Below are positions 1 through 12,629 of a DNA stretch of 64,000 bases, piece after piece. The notes under the pieces are model-generated. The model searched no databases, was not told the origin of the DNA, and worked only from the letters and a program-made list of their open reading frames with translations. The stretch lies in contig NC_043008.1 in the NCBI RefSeq assembly GCF_006345805.1, positions 64,170,001 through 64,234,000 of the forward strand, given 5' to 3'. The translations under genes were made by a program, and so were the position numbers. How positions within the stretch are numbered: position 1 is the first letter of the stretch; each line of letters begins with the position of its first letter. Origin of the DNA: Octopus sinensis. Taxonomy: Eukaryota.

Positions 1-105
1 CTTTAGGTGTTTTCGCTCAGTAAACACTCACAACGCCCGGTCTGGGAATCGAAACTGCGATCCTACGACCGCGAGTCCGTTGCCCTAACCACTGGGCCAT
101 TGCGT

Positions 106-107
<2 letters not shown>
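1..107 (-). mobile_element. tRNA-headed SINE, family C, 5' part (cut by window edge)
   Basis: Reverse complement reads GAGACGCAATGGCCCAGTGGTTAGGGCAACGGACTCGCGGTCGTAGGATCGCAGTTTCGATTCCCAGACC (Pol III A/B boxes), the same head as 21250, 26133 and 31934. Confidence 0.85.
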
Positions 108-146
<39 letters not shown>

Positions 147-164
147 GCACATATGTATATATAC

Positions 165-400
165 CAAAGGAGTTTGTGGTGAGAAATGGTCATCGGGAAC
201 AGACTCATTTCCCCAAAGAAAACTATCTCTATCTCCTGATCTATTCCTCGATCTCATTTATTATTGGGCATATAACATTTGAGTGTCAACTGGAAGAACT
301 TCTATCGTGATTCATTTGCAGAGAAACCTACTCAAAATGCAATTCAAATCAGTGGAGACAGACAAATGATGAATTTGATGAGAGCATATTTGAACAAAAT
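165..400 (+). mobile_element. possible decayed Tc1/mariner transposase C-terminal remnant
   Basis: Translation SLSPDLFLDLIYYWAY resembles the SPDLNPLDY-W motif; later LMRA; heavily degraded. Confidence 0.3.
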
Positions 401-1943
401 TAAAAGACATTAAATTCATTTATTATTTGTTTTTGTGAAAAAAATTCATTGAACTTTCATTTTTTGGACCTGGAAAACACTTTCTGCAAACGAAAACTCG
501 GCTTTTTTTTTCCGTATGAAGGGATTCAAAACACTGGCAGCCCTCGTGTCCCTTTCCATACACTCTTCTTTCGTGTATGAAAACATCCTGGTGTTTCTTG
601 CTATGATAAAATTGATAAATATAAGAAGATTCCATGTAAAATAATGACGGGAATGTGTATTCAACAATAACGTTAGTACTACTTTATTTCATATTCTGAA
701 AATTTCGGATTTTGATTTACTTTTTTATTGAAAAAAATGTAACTTCAAATGCACACAATATATATTTATATACTTTAGATGCAAACGAAATAGTCCTACT
801 TTTTTTTCTGTGCTTTATGATCGTTCTTAGACAAATTGTAAAAAAAAAAAAATTCCGAAAGAATGTTTCCATAAAATTTGAAACGCCGGAGCTATTATAC
901 TTTTAAAAAATATCTTTTTCTATGTAAACAACGTATATTATATAAATTTATGTAGTTGTTCATCACTTGGATTCAAGCATTTCAATTCAAAACATTCGAA
1001 AAAATATTCATAAATAATTGCCGAGAAATCCAGAATGTTTCAGCAAAATATGGAACGCTGTGGCTTTAATTTTTTTTGAGGATGAAAATGGTACTCAGTT
1101 ATACACACAAGTATAATTTATTCACTTATATGCATGCACCTAAATTCAATTGAAAATATCAAGAAAGTGGAAAGGAACGATGCTAAAAGCTATAATATAG
1201 GAAGTAAAAGTATTATGTTGACGCTTTCCTCATTGAAAATCAACATTTCTTTTGTAGAAAATTAAGGATTTACATAGATGTTCTGCAAGCAACTTGCACA
1301 TGCAAGTGCTACAAGTCGAAAGCTTCACATACTGGAAGCCAGCAATTGTATGGGTCATCAGGAGAGAATGCGCACTGTTTCAGGGCCTACCTTACGACGG
1401 CATCAATGCGCACCGGCTCGCCCTCCTGATATGAAGCCCCGCTTGCTAGATCAACAGCAATGAACTTCATATATTTGCCAGTGCCATCACCAAAAAAAAA
1501 GGGACTTCTTCCAGTCTTCCGTCAGAGTAGAGTTAAAGTAGTTAAGCAGCACGTGTGCTTCCAAAAGTTGTGGATACAGGTTAAAAAGTGTATACAGCTG
1601 TATATAGAGAAAAACATTGCAAGTTTTATTTGGATATTAAATATACACATAAGCAATTAGCAAAGTTCCGCCTACAAATTTTTCTAAATTTTTAGTCAAC
1701 GTAATTTGTTGCAAAAAGTGTTTTTAAGATTAAATGTCCTTCAAAAGACAGATCTTCAGATAAAGCTCTCCAAATCCTTTGGGAATTGCTTCTTTTTTTT
1801 TTTTTTTACTATTGTCCCTTTCTATTCAATGTATTACTGTATACCGTGTATACTTTAATTTTTTTCTCACACTTTATATCTGTTTCGTATTGTTCCCCAG
1901 TACCCTGTTGGCGAATAAAAGAAATCATCATCATATTATTATC

Positions 1944-2077
1944 ATTGAGTGAGAGAGTAGTGCATGCCATCAAAGTGACACTGGGGTAAAATATATGAAG
2001 CCCAGTATAACCATCATGACTACCCGTCTGATAAGGATACACTAGGCACATGCATCACAACCATATGTGCGCGACAT
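1944..2077 (-). mobile_element. LINE-type 3' UTR fragment ending in (TAA)n (family E)
   Basis: Same sequence at 45960-46087 (-) and 50634-50957 (+), each abutting (TAA)n-like runs. Confidence 0.7.
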
Positions 2078-2079
2078 AA

Positions 2080-2378
2080 TTATTATTATTATTAATATTA
2101 TTATTATCATTGTTATTACTACTACTATTTTTATATGAAAATTCACAGCTTATTTTGCTGGTTATGATGAGAATTGTCAGCTGCCCACAGCCAGCAGACT
2201 AAGGTGGCACTTTTAACGGGTCATGCTTCAAGAACCCTGCGAAGAATTCTTGCAGTTCCAAGCAATGTTGATTTTTGTAGGAGTTCTATTTTCACGCTTG
2301 CACCAATCTTTTTCAGCCATGTTGGTAGCTGTGTGCTGATACTTCTAACTGCATCAATTACTAGTGCAACTATCATCA
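2080..2378 (-). mobile_element. R4/Dong-like (RLE-clade) non-LTR retrotransposon 3' end
   Basis: Minus frame IVALVIDAVRSISTQLPTWLKKIGASVKIELLQKSTLLGTARILRRVLEA* (stop 2221-2223) matches the typical RLE-LINE C-terminus LQK--LLGTARILRKVL; followed by a short UTR and TAA-rich tail. Confidence 0.75.
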
Positions 2379-2423
2379 TAGTTGTTTATGTTTCCTTTTG
2401 TTACCGGGGGCACACTATACTCG

Positions 2424-2552
2424 TTTACTTGCTTGTCATTTGACTGTGGCCAGGCTGGAGCACTGCCTTTAGTCGAGCGAATCGACCCCAGGAATTATTC
2501 TTTGTAAGCCTAGCACTTATTCTATCAGCCTCTTTTGCCGAACCGCTAAGTA
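2424..2552 (-). mobile_element. SINE family A, 3' fragment
   Basis: Matches the 3' part of full copies (CCAGCATGGCCACAGTCAAATGACTGAAACAAGTAAAAGAG). Confidence 0.8.
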
Positions 2553-2872
2553 ACGTTCTGAGTTCAAATTCCGCCGAGGTTGACTTTGCCTTTCATCCTT
2601 TCGGGGTCGATGAATTAAGTACCAGTTACGCACTGGGGTCGATGTAATCGACTTAATCCGTTTGTCTGTCCTTGTTTGTCCCCTCTGTGTTTAGCCCCTT
2701 GTGGGTAGTAAAGAAATAGGTATTTCGCTCGTCTTTATGTTCCAAGTTCAAATTCCGCCGAGGTCGACTTTGCCTTTCATCCTTTCGGGGTCGATTAAAT
2801 AAGTACCAGTTACGCACTGAAGTCAATGTCATCGACTAACCCCTTCCCCCCAAATTTCAGGCCTTGTGCCCA
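2553..2872 (+). mobile_element. SINE family B (MetaSINE-like core), dimeric
   Basis: Two consecutive copies of GAGTTCAAATTCCGCCGAGGT(C/T)GACTTTGCCTTTCATCCTTTCGGGGTCGAT..AAGTACC; core resembles the Meta domain GGTTGACTCAGCCTTCCATCCTTCCGAGGTCGGTAAAATGAGTACC. Confidence 0.8.
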
Positions 2873-2892
2873 TTATTATTATTGATGTTGTA

Positions 2893-2931
<39 letters not shown>

Positions 2932-3533
2932 TGCTGGTGAGGTAGGGTTCCTCATGTTTTTGTATTTTTTATTTCAAATAACGCAAATTACGCTTCTGGT
3001 ATTTTTTTTTTTTTTTACTAACTTTCAAATTTTAGCATTTTGGCAGCACCTGCTTTCTCTAACTTCAAAGTTGTGATTCTTTTTCCAAACCATTTTTTGG
3101 CAGACTCATGTTTTAAACCATGCACATTACATTTCTGCTAAACATTTCTTTCAAAATATTACTATTCAATTTGTATACCCTTTCTCGTTTCCTCGTTTCT
3201 TTTTTTTTTTTTTTTATATATTTCACTTCGTTTGCTTTTTACGAACTTTTTATTTTCTGAATTAAGCATTGAACCTGGGAGATTATGACTGCGCAAAAGA
3301 AATTTGTTCAAAAATTTCAGTTTTCTTTTTCACATACATGTAACACATTCCGCCCTTGGAATGGATTACATGAAAGTACAATTGGATATAAAAGAAATAA
3401 CAATACAGGGAAGGGTTTATGTTCAGCAAGCTTATTAGTTATATTACTTCCCATTGTCGTTTTACAATGGGAAAACGTACACAAACATTCACTCATATAC
3501 GTATTTATATATGTGTATGTGTTTCTCTCTCTC

Positions 3534-3534
<1 letters not shown>

Positions 3535-3632
<98 letters not shown>

Positions 3633-3753
3633 TATATGTATGTATATATATGCACGCGCATATACGAGGGTGGGTTTATATGAATGTAATATATATATAT
3701 ATATATATGTATATATATGCACACGCATATATGAGGGTGGGTTTATATGAATG

Positions 3754-3803
<50 letters not shown>
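3535..3803. repeat. (TA)n microsatellite with internal ~66-bp duplication
   Basis: TA runs interrupted twice by TGCAC(G/A)CGCATATA(C/T)GAGGGTGGGTTTATATGAATGTAA. Confidence 0.9.
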
Positions 3804-3805
<2 letters not shown>

Positions 3806-4255
3806 CCACATTAGACTAGCATTGCACAAATATATTTCATAGATAAAACTGGTAGGAAATAGTGTGTGAATCCGTTCATAATAAAAGAATTCATTGATTA
3901 GTACAAGCTCATAAATTATATCCAAAGCAAACAATTACAGTCAAGCACATTCAACGATTACAACATTATATAAATGAGACTCTCATTTCGCCGAGGAATT
4001 TTCTGCTTGTGAACTAATTGAAAGCGATACTATCAGTACTTTTGTCTGCCAGGCAATGTATGCATATTTGTGTACCGGGGATGGTGGTGGAGAGGTTGAT
4101 ACAGAGGTGGGTGTTAAAAAAATGACAAATAAATTATTACTGAATTAAAACTCAGTAATTTCTCTGACTGACCTTTTGTTTCAGCTTCCTGATATACCAT
4201 TTATCATTATCATCATCATCATCGTTGTCATTATTATTATTATTATGATTGTTAA

Positions 4256-4472
4256 GGCGGTGACCTGGTAGAATCGTTAGCACACCGAGCGAAATGCTTA
4301 GCAGTATTTCACCTGCCGCTACGTTCTGAGTTGAAATTCCGCCGAGGTCGATTTTGCCTTTCATCCTTTCCGTGTCGATTAAATAAGTACCAGTTACACA
4401 CTGGGGTCGATATAATTGACTTAATCCGTTTGACTGTCCTTGTTTGTCCCCTCTGTGCGTGGCCTCTTGTGG
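4256..4472 (+). mobile_element. SINE family B, near full length
   Basis: GGCGGTGACCTGGTAGAATCGTTAGCACACCG head, B box, Meta-like core. Confidence 0.85.
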
Positions 4473-4614
4473 ATGTGTGTGTGTGTGCGCACATATATGT
4501 GTGGATGGGATATATATATAAGCATACTAAGGGTAAAAATTATAAAAAATAATAATTTATACCAGTGGCCAGCATGCATAAAAAATTGTCTGTATACTGT
4601 AAATTATTTTTATA

Positions 4615-4875
4615 CATATACGTGTGTATAACCATAGGTAATTATACACTGAGAGGAAAACCATTAAGTGGCTTCCTTGCTTGCTGAAAGAAGATGTCAA
4701 GATCTTCAAACCGGCCTTTTAAATATTTTTATATTATCTTGCCTTTTATTCATATTATCGCACTATGTATGAGAACATATTTTTCCTGGTTTGAAGATCT
4801 GACATCTTTCAGCAAGCAAGGAAGCCACTTGGTGGTTTTCCTCTAAGTGTATAATTACCTATGATTATATACACT

Positions 4876-4880
<5 letters not shown>
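4615..4880. mobile_element. inverted-repeat element (~95-bp arms) in microsatellite, Penelope-like derivative
   Basis: 4631-4712 is the reverse complement of ~4787-4865 with a few indels; degenerate HHR-like segment at 4684-4716. Confidence 0.6.
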
Positions 4881-4914
<34 letters not shown>

Positions 4915-5350
4915 TTATGTATTATGTATGTATACAAAGAAGTAGAGTGGAGCAAGTCCTTTTATTACATTAATTTACAATTGTTTCATTGAAATTTGAT
5001 TTTATGATTGTTGCTGTATTATGTTGTAATATGGTCAATAATTTTTCAGTATAGTCAACAATTTAAGTATGAATTTATAATGAAATTTCATTGAGTGTAA
5101 TATAACTGTTACCTACATGCAAACATACATATATGCATATGTGTGTGTGTATGCAAATACCCATATATATATATATTTACATGTATGTATATATATATAT
5201 ATATATATATAAATTTTTTCTCTTATATATAAATTAATATGTTCAATAAGAAATAATTATTTTCGAAATTTTTTCTCTTATGAGGTTTTCACGCTATCTA
5301 CCTGACAATTTCTTGTTAAGTTTTCCTTATTAAGTAGTTGTCCTTAATTG

Positions 5351-5382
<32 letters not shown>

Positions 5383-5389
<7 letters not shown>

Positions 5390-5735
5390 TAGGGAGTATA
5401 ACTTCAAACATACAGGGAAAAATTCAATTTAGTATTAAATCAAATTTCACAATATAAATATATAAAATATATAAATTAGAGTAGAACCACTATTATGTAA
5501 TTCAAACAACGCTAGACATAAACCATATCATATAGAAAAAATAAAATATATTATAAAACATATAACTAGATCACAAAAAAGTACAAAAAATGGCTAAACA
5601 TTATATAATAAGTAATATAATATATATTATATATAAGGATGAAAAGGAACACACGAGTTGATATATATGAAAAGATTAGTCAAAATAGAAAATGCTAAAT
5701 AAAATTATTTTAGCATTTTCTATTTTGACTTATTT

Positions 5736-5740
<5 letters not shown>
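5383..5740 (-). mobile_element. diverged member of the HHR-bearing inverted-repeat family at 10.9 and 35.5 kb
   Basis: TAGGGAGTATAACTTCAAACATACAGGGAAAAATTCAATTTAG..AGAACCACTATT aligns with 10911-11011 and 35542-35642; short hairpin 5677-5732; flanked by (TA)n. Confidence 0.55.
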
Positions 5741-5790
<50 letters not shown>

Positions 5791-6499
5791 CATATATCAT
5801 GTGGCTGTTCTGTATGCATTCACTACATTGATTCACTAAGTTTTATATCTAATGAACTACCCTTTTAGTATAGCATTCTAGCATACTAAATGACCTTTGT
5901 CTAGTTCTATGCAATGAGGCTGTATCTGTAACTATGTAGTTAATTATAAAGCAATTTTTATTCTAAACCATACAGTCATATTTGGTTTTGCATTGAGTTT
6001 CCTGCCAAAACTAAGTTTGCCCTTCAGAGCCAATATAATATACAGCAGTTAAATAGTATGTTTACATCAAGTTGCATTCTATAAAACTGGTGTTTTATCA
6101 GGGACTTTAATTACTCAATGATGAATAACTGCAGCATATTCAATTTCCTTTTACGACATTATTTAGGTTCAAACCTCACCTTGGTCTATGAACATACCAG
6201 ATCATTACTGAGGAGTGATTAAATTTAGTGACCTATGGTCTTCATTAATAAACCAGTTGGCAAATAACCAATATGAGAAATCACTATTTCATTCTTAAAT
6301 GTATACTTGCAATCATTGGATTTTCTGAGTAATTATACATATTTGTTAATTAAACTGTTTTCCTGATCAATTTATTGATAACATTTTCTAAATTATTATT
6401 TCTATCATTCCAAAATGATTCCAATTTTAGTCATTATCTGTGTTCATTTTCTAGATAATTATATATTTTTAATTACTGTTGCTAATGATTCACATGTGC

Positions 6500-6655
6500 A
6501 TACATACACACCCACACACACACACATATATATACAGACACATACATACATACACATATATTATATATATATGCATATATATATGCATTATATATGCATA
6601 ATATATGCTAATATATATATATATATATATATGCATATATAATATGCATATATAT

Positions 6656-6694
<39 letters not shown>

Positions 6695-6830
6695 ATGCAT
6701 ATATATATGCATATTATATATGCACATATATATATATACAATATATATATACATATATATACATATATATATATACACTCACAGTGACATACATACATAC
6801 TATATATATATATTATATATATATAAACAC
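6500..6830. repeat. compound (TA)n/(CA)n microsatellite
   Basis: Direct reading. Confidence 0.9.
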
Positions 6831-7116
6831 AAACAGTGGCACATACACAGATATATTATGTTGTACAAACATATACATAAATATTATATCTGCAATATTT
6901 AATAACATATATAATTATCTATCTTTTAAATATATATTTTCTCCATAATTAACATTTGTTTTTTTTTTTTAATCAATATCGTTGCAGATAATTTTATCAA
7001 TAACTTGTAACCATAATATCACAGTCAAGTTAATGTAAATTTTATTAATAATTGTTGTTTAAAAAAATGAAGCAAATGTCACTGCTTAGAATAATATTCT
7101 CCTCCTCATTATCTTC

Positions 7117-7117
<1 letters not shown>

Positions 7118-7173
<56 letters not shown>

Positions 7174-7230
7174 GTAGTAATAATAATAATAATAAGAAGA
7201 AGAATTATTATTATCATTATTATTATTATT
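7118..7230. repeat. (TAA)n/(TTA)n microsatellite
   Basis: Direct reading. Confidence 0.9.
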
Positions 7231-7509
7231 AAGTTGGTGAGCTGGCCAATTCATTAACAGACTGGACAAAATACTGTTGAGCTTTTTGTCCACCTTTTTT
7301 TTCTGAGTGAACTGCAGCAGAATTTGATCCCAGAATGTTAAGAAGAATGAAATACCATGAAGCATTTTGCTTGGCATGCAAAACGTGTCTACCAGCTTGC
7401 CTCCTTATTCAATAAACACATTACAAAAGGTATTATTGAATTGCCACACAAAACACTAACCTAATATATTTATAACATATATATATATATCATGTGTATG
7501 TATGTGTGT

Positions 7510-7682
7510 ATATATATGATTGACTTCTTTCAGTTTCTGTCTACCAAATCTACTTGGAAGGCTTTGGTCAGCCTGTTGGAGCTATCGTAGAAGACACTTG
7601 CTCAAGGTGCCACACAATTGGACTGAATCTGAAACCACGTGATTGGAAAATAAACTTCATCACACAGCCACACTTGCACCCA
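7510..7682 (-). mobile_element. SINE family A, 5' half, diverged
   Basis: CTTCTTTCAGTTTCTGTCTACCAAATC..GAAGACACTTGCTCAAGGTGCCAC..CACACAGCCAC. Confidence 0.8.
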
Positions 7683-9091
7683 TTTGGAAATGAGGAATTG
7701 GTTCTTTCAAAGTTGTGTTATGTTAACCTTTGGCACACTGTAGGTGTATCATATCCTCATATGAGTTTTCTCCCTTGTAGTAACCAGGCAGTGGCAGAGG
7801 AAACAATTCTAGAGATAATGCAATATCCTAAAGGTTAGCATGTTGGCACCCTTCACTTTTTCAGAATATGGATTCTGCTGACTCACACATTTCATCCATC
7901 TTTGGCAGGTTTTGTTTTTTAATCCTTCATCATACCTCAATACCCTCCTCTCTGAGTAAGCTTTGTCACTGACTGGTTTAGTTCAGTCGCCAAACTCTTG
8001 ACCATCAGCAGATAGTACTGGATTACATGGTTACCAATAACAGGTTTCTGTCAGTTTGTGATGGAACTGCTCTTGATCTGACACATGTCTGTTATAGCAA
8101 TAACAAAAACTAAATATTTATAACACTAACAAAAATCCTCATTCTCAATCCTTCCTTTTTATTTTTTATTAATATGGAGATATTTATAATCAAGTACATT
8201 GCCCCTTTGTTTATTTTTGTAATTGAGAGCTACAGAAATCAATCTTCTTTATCTGATTTCAAAATTGGTAATTTAACAATCTTTGAGAACATTGAGTACT
8301 TCATGATTGAAACTATACTTAATCTGTTTATTTAGAACAGATATAATCTTGTAAATATTTCAGACATTCCTGTTTGAGAAGCAGCTGCCATAAAGATAAG
8401 GAATTTAGTACTGACTGACTGTTATTTTGTGTGATATCCTTATTATAACGATTATCCTATCATCTACCCTTCTGTTTATTCAGCTCTTTTAATCTCCATA
8501 ACATATGGAATGTTCCTTTTGAGTTATTTCTTAGCTCAAAAACAGTTTAAAAATATGTCTGTAGTGTTTTAACAAGCTCGTTTATTAAATTTCTGGTATG
8601 TTCTTTAAACATCAGCTCTGATTCTAATGTAACTGAGACATATGCTTGTCTTATTGTATATCATTGGTCTCATCCTATAAAATTTTTGGATAATGTAATT
8701 AGAAATATGTTGGTCACTCATTTATTCATTGTTTATAATTAGCACTTATACAACATTTCAACAATATTTAATGCTAAAGATTAAATTTAGAAAATGTAAA
8801 CAATGTTTTTTATGGAGATTGTGACTAAAATCCATTGGTCAAGAATAAAGTAACTAAATATGTACTGCCTTGCATTACAAGAAAGTATGCTTTTATTCGA
8901 TAATAAAAAAAAGAATATTGGGACCTATGGTGTTCTATCAAGTTAAACTGAAGGACTGCAATGTAAAATATAATACTTATATGTTTTTCCTCAAAATCAG
9001 AAAGCCACTTTGTTTAAACCCCCCCTCTGCTTCCTCTTCCATCTCCTCCTCCTCCTCATCATCATCATCCTTATCCTCATCATCATCCCCA

Positions 9092-9330
9092 TCATCATCA
9101 TCATTTAACATCTACCTTCCATGCTGGCATGGGTTGGACGTTTTAACAGGAGCCGGCCAGGCAGGAGCCAGCCAGGCAGGAGCCTGCACCAGACTTTTGT
9201 TTCTGTTTTCGTACGATTTTTACAGCTGGGCCAAAACAGACACAGAAGTCTGGTGCAGGCTCATGCCTGGCCAGCTCCTGTTAAATCATCCAACCCATGC
9301 TGGCATGGAAGGTGGATGTTAGATTGATGT
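9092..9330. mobile_element. two RTE-type retroposon 3' tails joined head-to-head (hairpin)
   Basis: 9100-9211 and 9230-9329 are reverse complements; tail CCAACCCATGCTGGCATGGAAGGTGGATGTTA..(GAT)n. Confidence 0.8.
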
Positions 9331-9657
9331 GTTCTTGACTGCCAAATATAGAAATGCTTTTCTTTCTTTCAGAGTCGATAAAATAAGTATAAGTTGAGTA
9401 CTGGTGGTTGATGTAATTAACTTACATCCTTACCAAAATTGCTGGCCTTGTACCAAAATTTGAAACCAATACTTAACCAAGTATGTCTGATGTCAGCTTG
9501 GGGATGAAGGTTTTAGTTCAAAGGAAAATTTTAATTTTTATACCCAAAATTTCCACCAGAACACTCAATATGTTTCTGGAGAAAGCTCAAAAAGTGATTT
9601 GGTATTGAGCACTTTCTGGGACATTTGGTCGTTGTTGTTTGTAATGGGCAATACTAT

Positions 9658-10061
9658 ACTCTTTTACTTGTTTCAGTCATTTGACTGTGGCCATGCTAGA
9701 GCACCGCCTTTAGTCGAGCAAATCAACCCCAGGACTTATTCTTTGTAAGCCTAGTACTTATTCTATCGGTCTCTTTTGCCAAACCGCTAAGTTACAGGGA
9801 TGTAAATACACCAGCATCGGTTGTCAAGCGATGTTGGGGGACAAACACAGACACACAAGCACACACACATATATATATATATATCTATACATATATATGA
9901 CGGACTTCTTTCAGTTTCCGTCTACCAAATCCAATCACAAGGCTTTGGTTGGCCTGAGGCTATAGTAGAAGACACTTGCCCAAGGTGCCACGCAGTGGGA
10001 CTGAACCCGGAACCATGTGGTTGGTAAGCAAGCTACTTACCACCCAGCCACTCCTGCACCT
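9658..10061 (-). mobile_element. SINE family A, full length
   Basis: tRNA-like head GGTGCAGGAGTGGCTG..GGTTCCGGGTTCAGTCCC, CORE-like CCTTGGGCAAGT, internal TA/TG tract, GTAAAAGA tail. Confidence 0.9.
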
Positions 10062-10525
10062 GTCTGATGTCAGCTTGAGAATGAAAGTTTCAGTTCAAAG
10101 GAAAATTCAAATTTTTATATGCTAATATTTAGCCATGCATCTCTGAAGTCAGCTTGGGATGAAGTTTAATTGTTTCAGCAGAATGCTCAAGATCTTTCCA
10201 TGAAAAGCACACTAAATGATCTGGTATTAAACACTGTGTAGTACATTTGCTAATTGCATCTGGAAACTATGAATTTTCCATTTCATGTTTGATTACACAA
10301 TTTTCATCTCTCAAATTCTTCACTGGAAAGTTATTCCTGTTACTACTAACATATATATATTATTATATTACTTGACAGATACATCTTAATTCATACGCAT
10401 CAATTGTGAATGTTGTAACTTAAAATGTTTAGTATTAACAATATGCTATAATTGAAAATAGTCAATCTTTTGCTCATAATTCATTTTATTAAGATAACAC
10501 CTCTTCCAGGATACCAGTTATTCAG

Positions 10526-10850
10526 ATGCAGATGTGTATGTGTGATCTAGTTTATTTCGTAAACACTTGATTTTGGACTCAATCCCACTGTATGGCACCT
10601 TGGGCAAGTGTCTTTTACTATAGCTCCACAATCGTGGTTTCAATTCCTAGAATGAGAAATGCATCGGTTATTGAGTTCTTGAGCAAATCACTACATTACA
10701 CGTTGCCCTGCAATCACTTCAACACCTGATGAATGGTACACTGTTCACCTGTTCAGGTAACATTGATTTGATGGAGAGATTGTGCTAATGTACAGCACAA
10801 GAAATCATTTGAGCAGGTCATTCAGCAAAAGTTGAATGCTCATAAGTGTC
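10526..10850 (+). mobile_element. family A head fragment followed by another tRNA/CORE-type SINE fragment
   Basis: CCCACTGTATGGCACCTTGGGCAAGTG then GGTTTCAATTCCT..TTCTTGAGCAAATCACT with a distinct tail. Confidence 0.55.
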
Positions 10851-10869
10851 TATCATGTATACATATATA

Positions 10870-10901
<32 letters not shown>

Positions 10902-11111
10902 TAATAAATATAGGGAATAAATCCAAACTTACAGGAAAAATCAGATTTAGGATTGAATCCAATTTTATAGTAAAATATTATATTATATTAATTAGAGACA
11001 AAACCACTATTAGGCAAATTCATACAATGAAAAACTTAAGCCCCAATACATATGATTATTTAATTTATATATTTAAATATATAACAAAATTATTAAAAAT
11101 ATAATTAATAT

Positions 11112-11179
11112 AACACTACGATCGTTTCATAGCTGTTAATTTTCTTAAATTTTCGAGTTACAGTCATTCATCAGGTGTT
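11112..11179 (-). ncRNA. minimal type I hammerhead ribozyme
   Basis: AACAC-CTGATGA-ATGACTGT..ACAGCTAT-GAAA-CGATCG-TA-GTGTT: stem I AACAC/GTGTT, intact core, palindromic stem III ACGATCGT, GUA cleavage triplet. Confidence 0.85.
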
Positions 11180-11286
11180 TTTAAATATCTAAAATATAAT
11201 CAATATTTTTAAGATATAAATAATATATTATTATATATATATATTATTTATATCTTAAAAATATTGATTATATTTTAGATATTTAA

Positions 11287-11354
11287 ACCACCTGATGAAT
11301 GACTGTAACTCGAAAATTTAATGAAATTAACAGCCATGAAACGATCGTAGTGTT
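11287..11354 (+). ncRNA. minimal type I hammerhead ribozyme
   Basis: CAC-CTGATGA-ATGACTGT..ACAGCCAT-GAAA-CGATCG-TA-GTG; intact core. Confidence 0.8.
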
Positions 11355-11574
11355 ATATTATTATATTTTTTTTAAATAATTTTGTTATATTTAATAATAT
11401 AATTAAATAATCATATGTATTGGATTAAGTTTTTCATTGTATGATTTGCCTAATAGTGGTTTTGTCTCTATTTTATATAATATATATATATATATGCATA
11501 CACATACATATATACATGCATGCATACATACATTATATACATATATATACATACATACATATACATACATATAT

Positions 11575-11621
<47 letters not shown>

Positions 11622-11637
11622 TGAGGTGGATCAGTCA

Positions 11638-11700
11638 ATATATTCCCCTCTCAAATTCACTCCCTTTTTGCAGCAGTCCTTCAGTTTTTCTAAGTTCTCT
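11638..11700 (-). mobile_element. fragment of the mariner MITE at 13946
   Basis: Reverse complement aligns with 14030-14090. Confidence 0.55.
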
Positions 11701-12629
11701 AAAAGATGCATGTTTTGTTTATGCACTGTAGGTGGCTGAGAATGATGGAGAAGCAGATATTAATACAATGATGGGGATGAGTATGATTTTATGTACACAA
11801 TGCATATATATATATATACATATATGCATGCATGTATGCACACACATATATATATATATATATACACATACATGGTTATTTACCTATCTCTGTCCTATCT
11901 AGTTATCTATCTACCTATGCACCTACCTACCTACCTACATACCTACATACATACCTACCAACCTGTCTACCTATATATCGACATAAGTATAAGAATTTGT
12001 GGCTGGGGTGTCCTTATTTCTTTTTTCAAGCAGAATTACGTAGCATTTATAGTCAGTCTGAGACTTATGCAAAGTTTTGAATATACCTTATAATGAAGTT
12101 GGCAAGTCACACAAAATTGGATGCTTCAGTCATGCCTTATTGTGTAGTAGCATTCACAATACTCTGATTGAAAACCATGTTGTGCCATAATTCCATTCTA
12201 TTCAAGTCCTACAGTAAATACCACTCTATCCATACCATACATTATATATTATTCTCTCCATGTCACACTCTTATTTCATTGTATTTCCTATCAGTTTCTC
12301 TTCCCAAATTCTCTCCGACGCCTTCCTCAAATGTCTACTTTATTTGGACAAATCCATTAATCACTGTCTCGTGTAATATTCCTTTTCCATCGTTAAATAC
12401 CTGTTACATCGATTCTGTACATGTATAGAGAGTTGTTATGAAGTTTGGGAGGTCAAAAGTGACCCCTGCTTACTTCAATTGCGCAATAGCATCATTCTAA
12501 CAATCCAAATTGTTTCATAATTCACTCCAGTTTCAGTGTTCTTGTATCTCGTTGTTAGAAATCATAAATTTTTGAAACGGGAAATTATGTTACAAATCTG
12601 AAGAAATTATGAGCAATATTGAATTGGTG

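Larger units (their letters stand above)
10900..11470. mobile_element. non-autonomous Penelope-like element with head-to-head inverted arms, each carrying an HHR
   Basis: 10993-11230 is the reverse complement of ~11240-11470; the left arm extends further, to 10900; inserted in (TA)n. Confidence 0.8.

Noticed and set aside
423-667. Minus-strand ORFs with CQC..CRKC as a zinc finger
   Set aside because: Spacing fits no family I recognise and there is no good donor site
3349-3394. GC box, inverted CCAAT and TATAAAA as a promoter
   Set aside because: CCAAT abuts the TATA box, no convincing downstream gene, and such motifs are common in AT-rich DNA
9484-10250. Diverged ~145-bp direct repeats starting GTCTGATGTCAGC as hammerheads
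   Set aside because: Core mismatch and no pairing stem II; treated as an old local duplication flanking a SINE
10720-10770. CTGATGA as a hammerhead core
   Set aside because: No stem II-GAAA-UH follows; lies within a SINE tail
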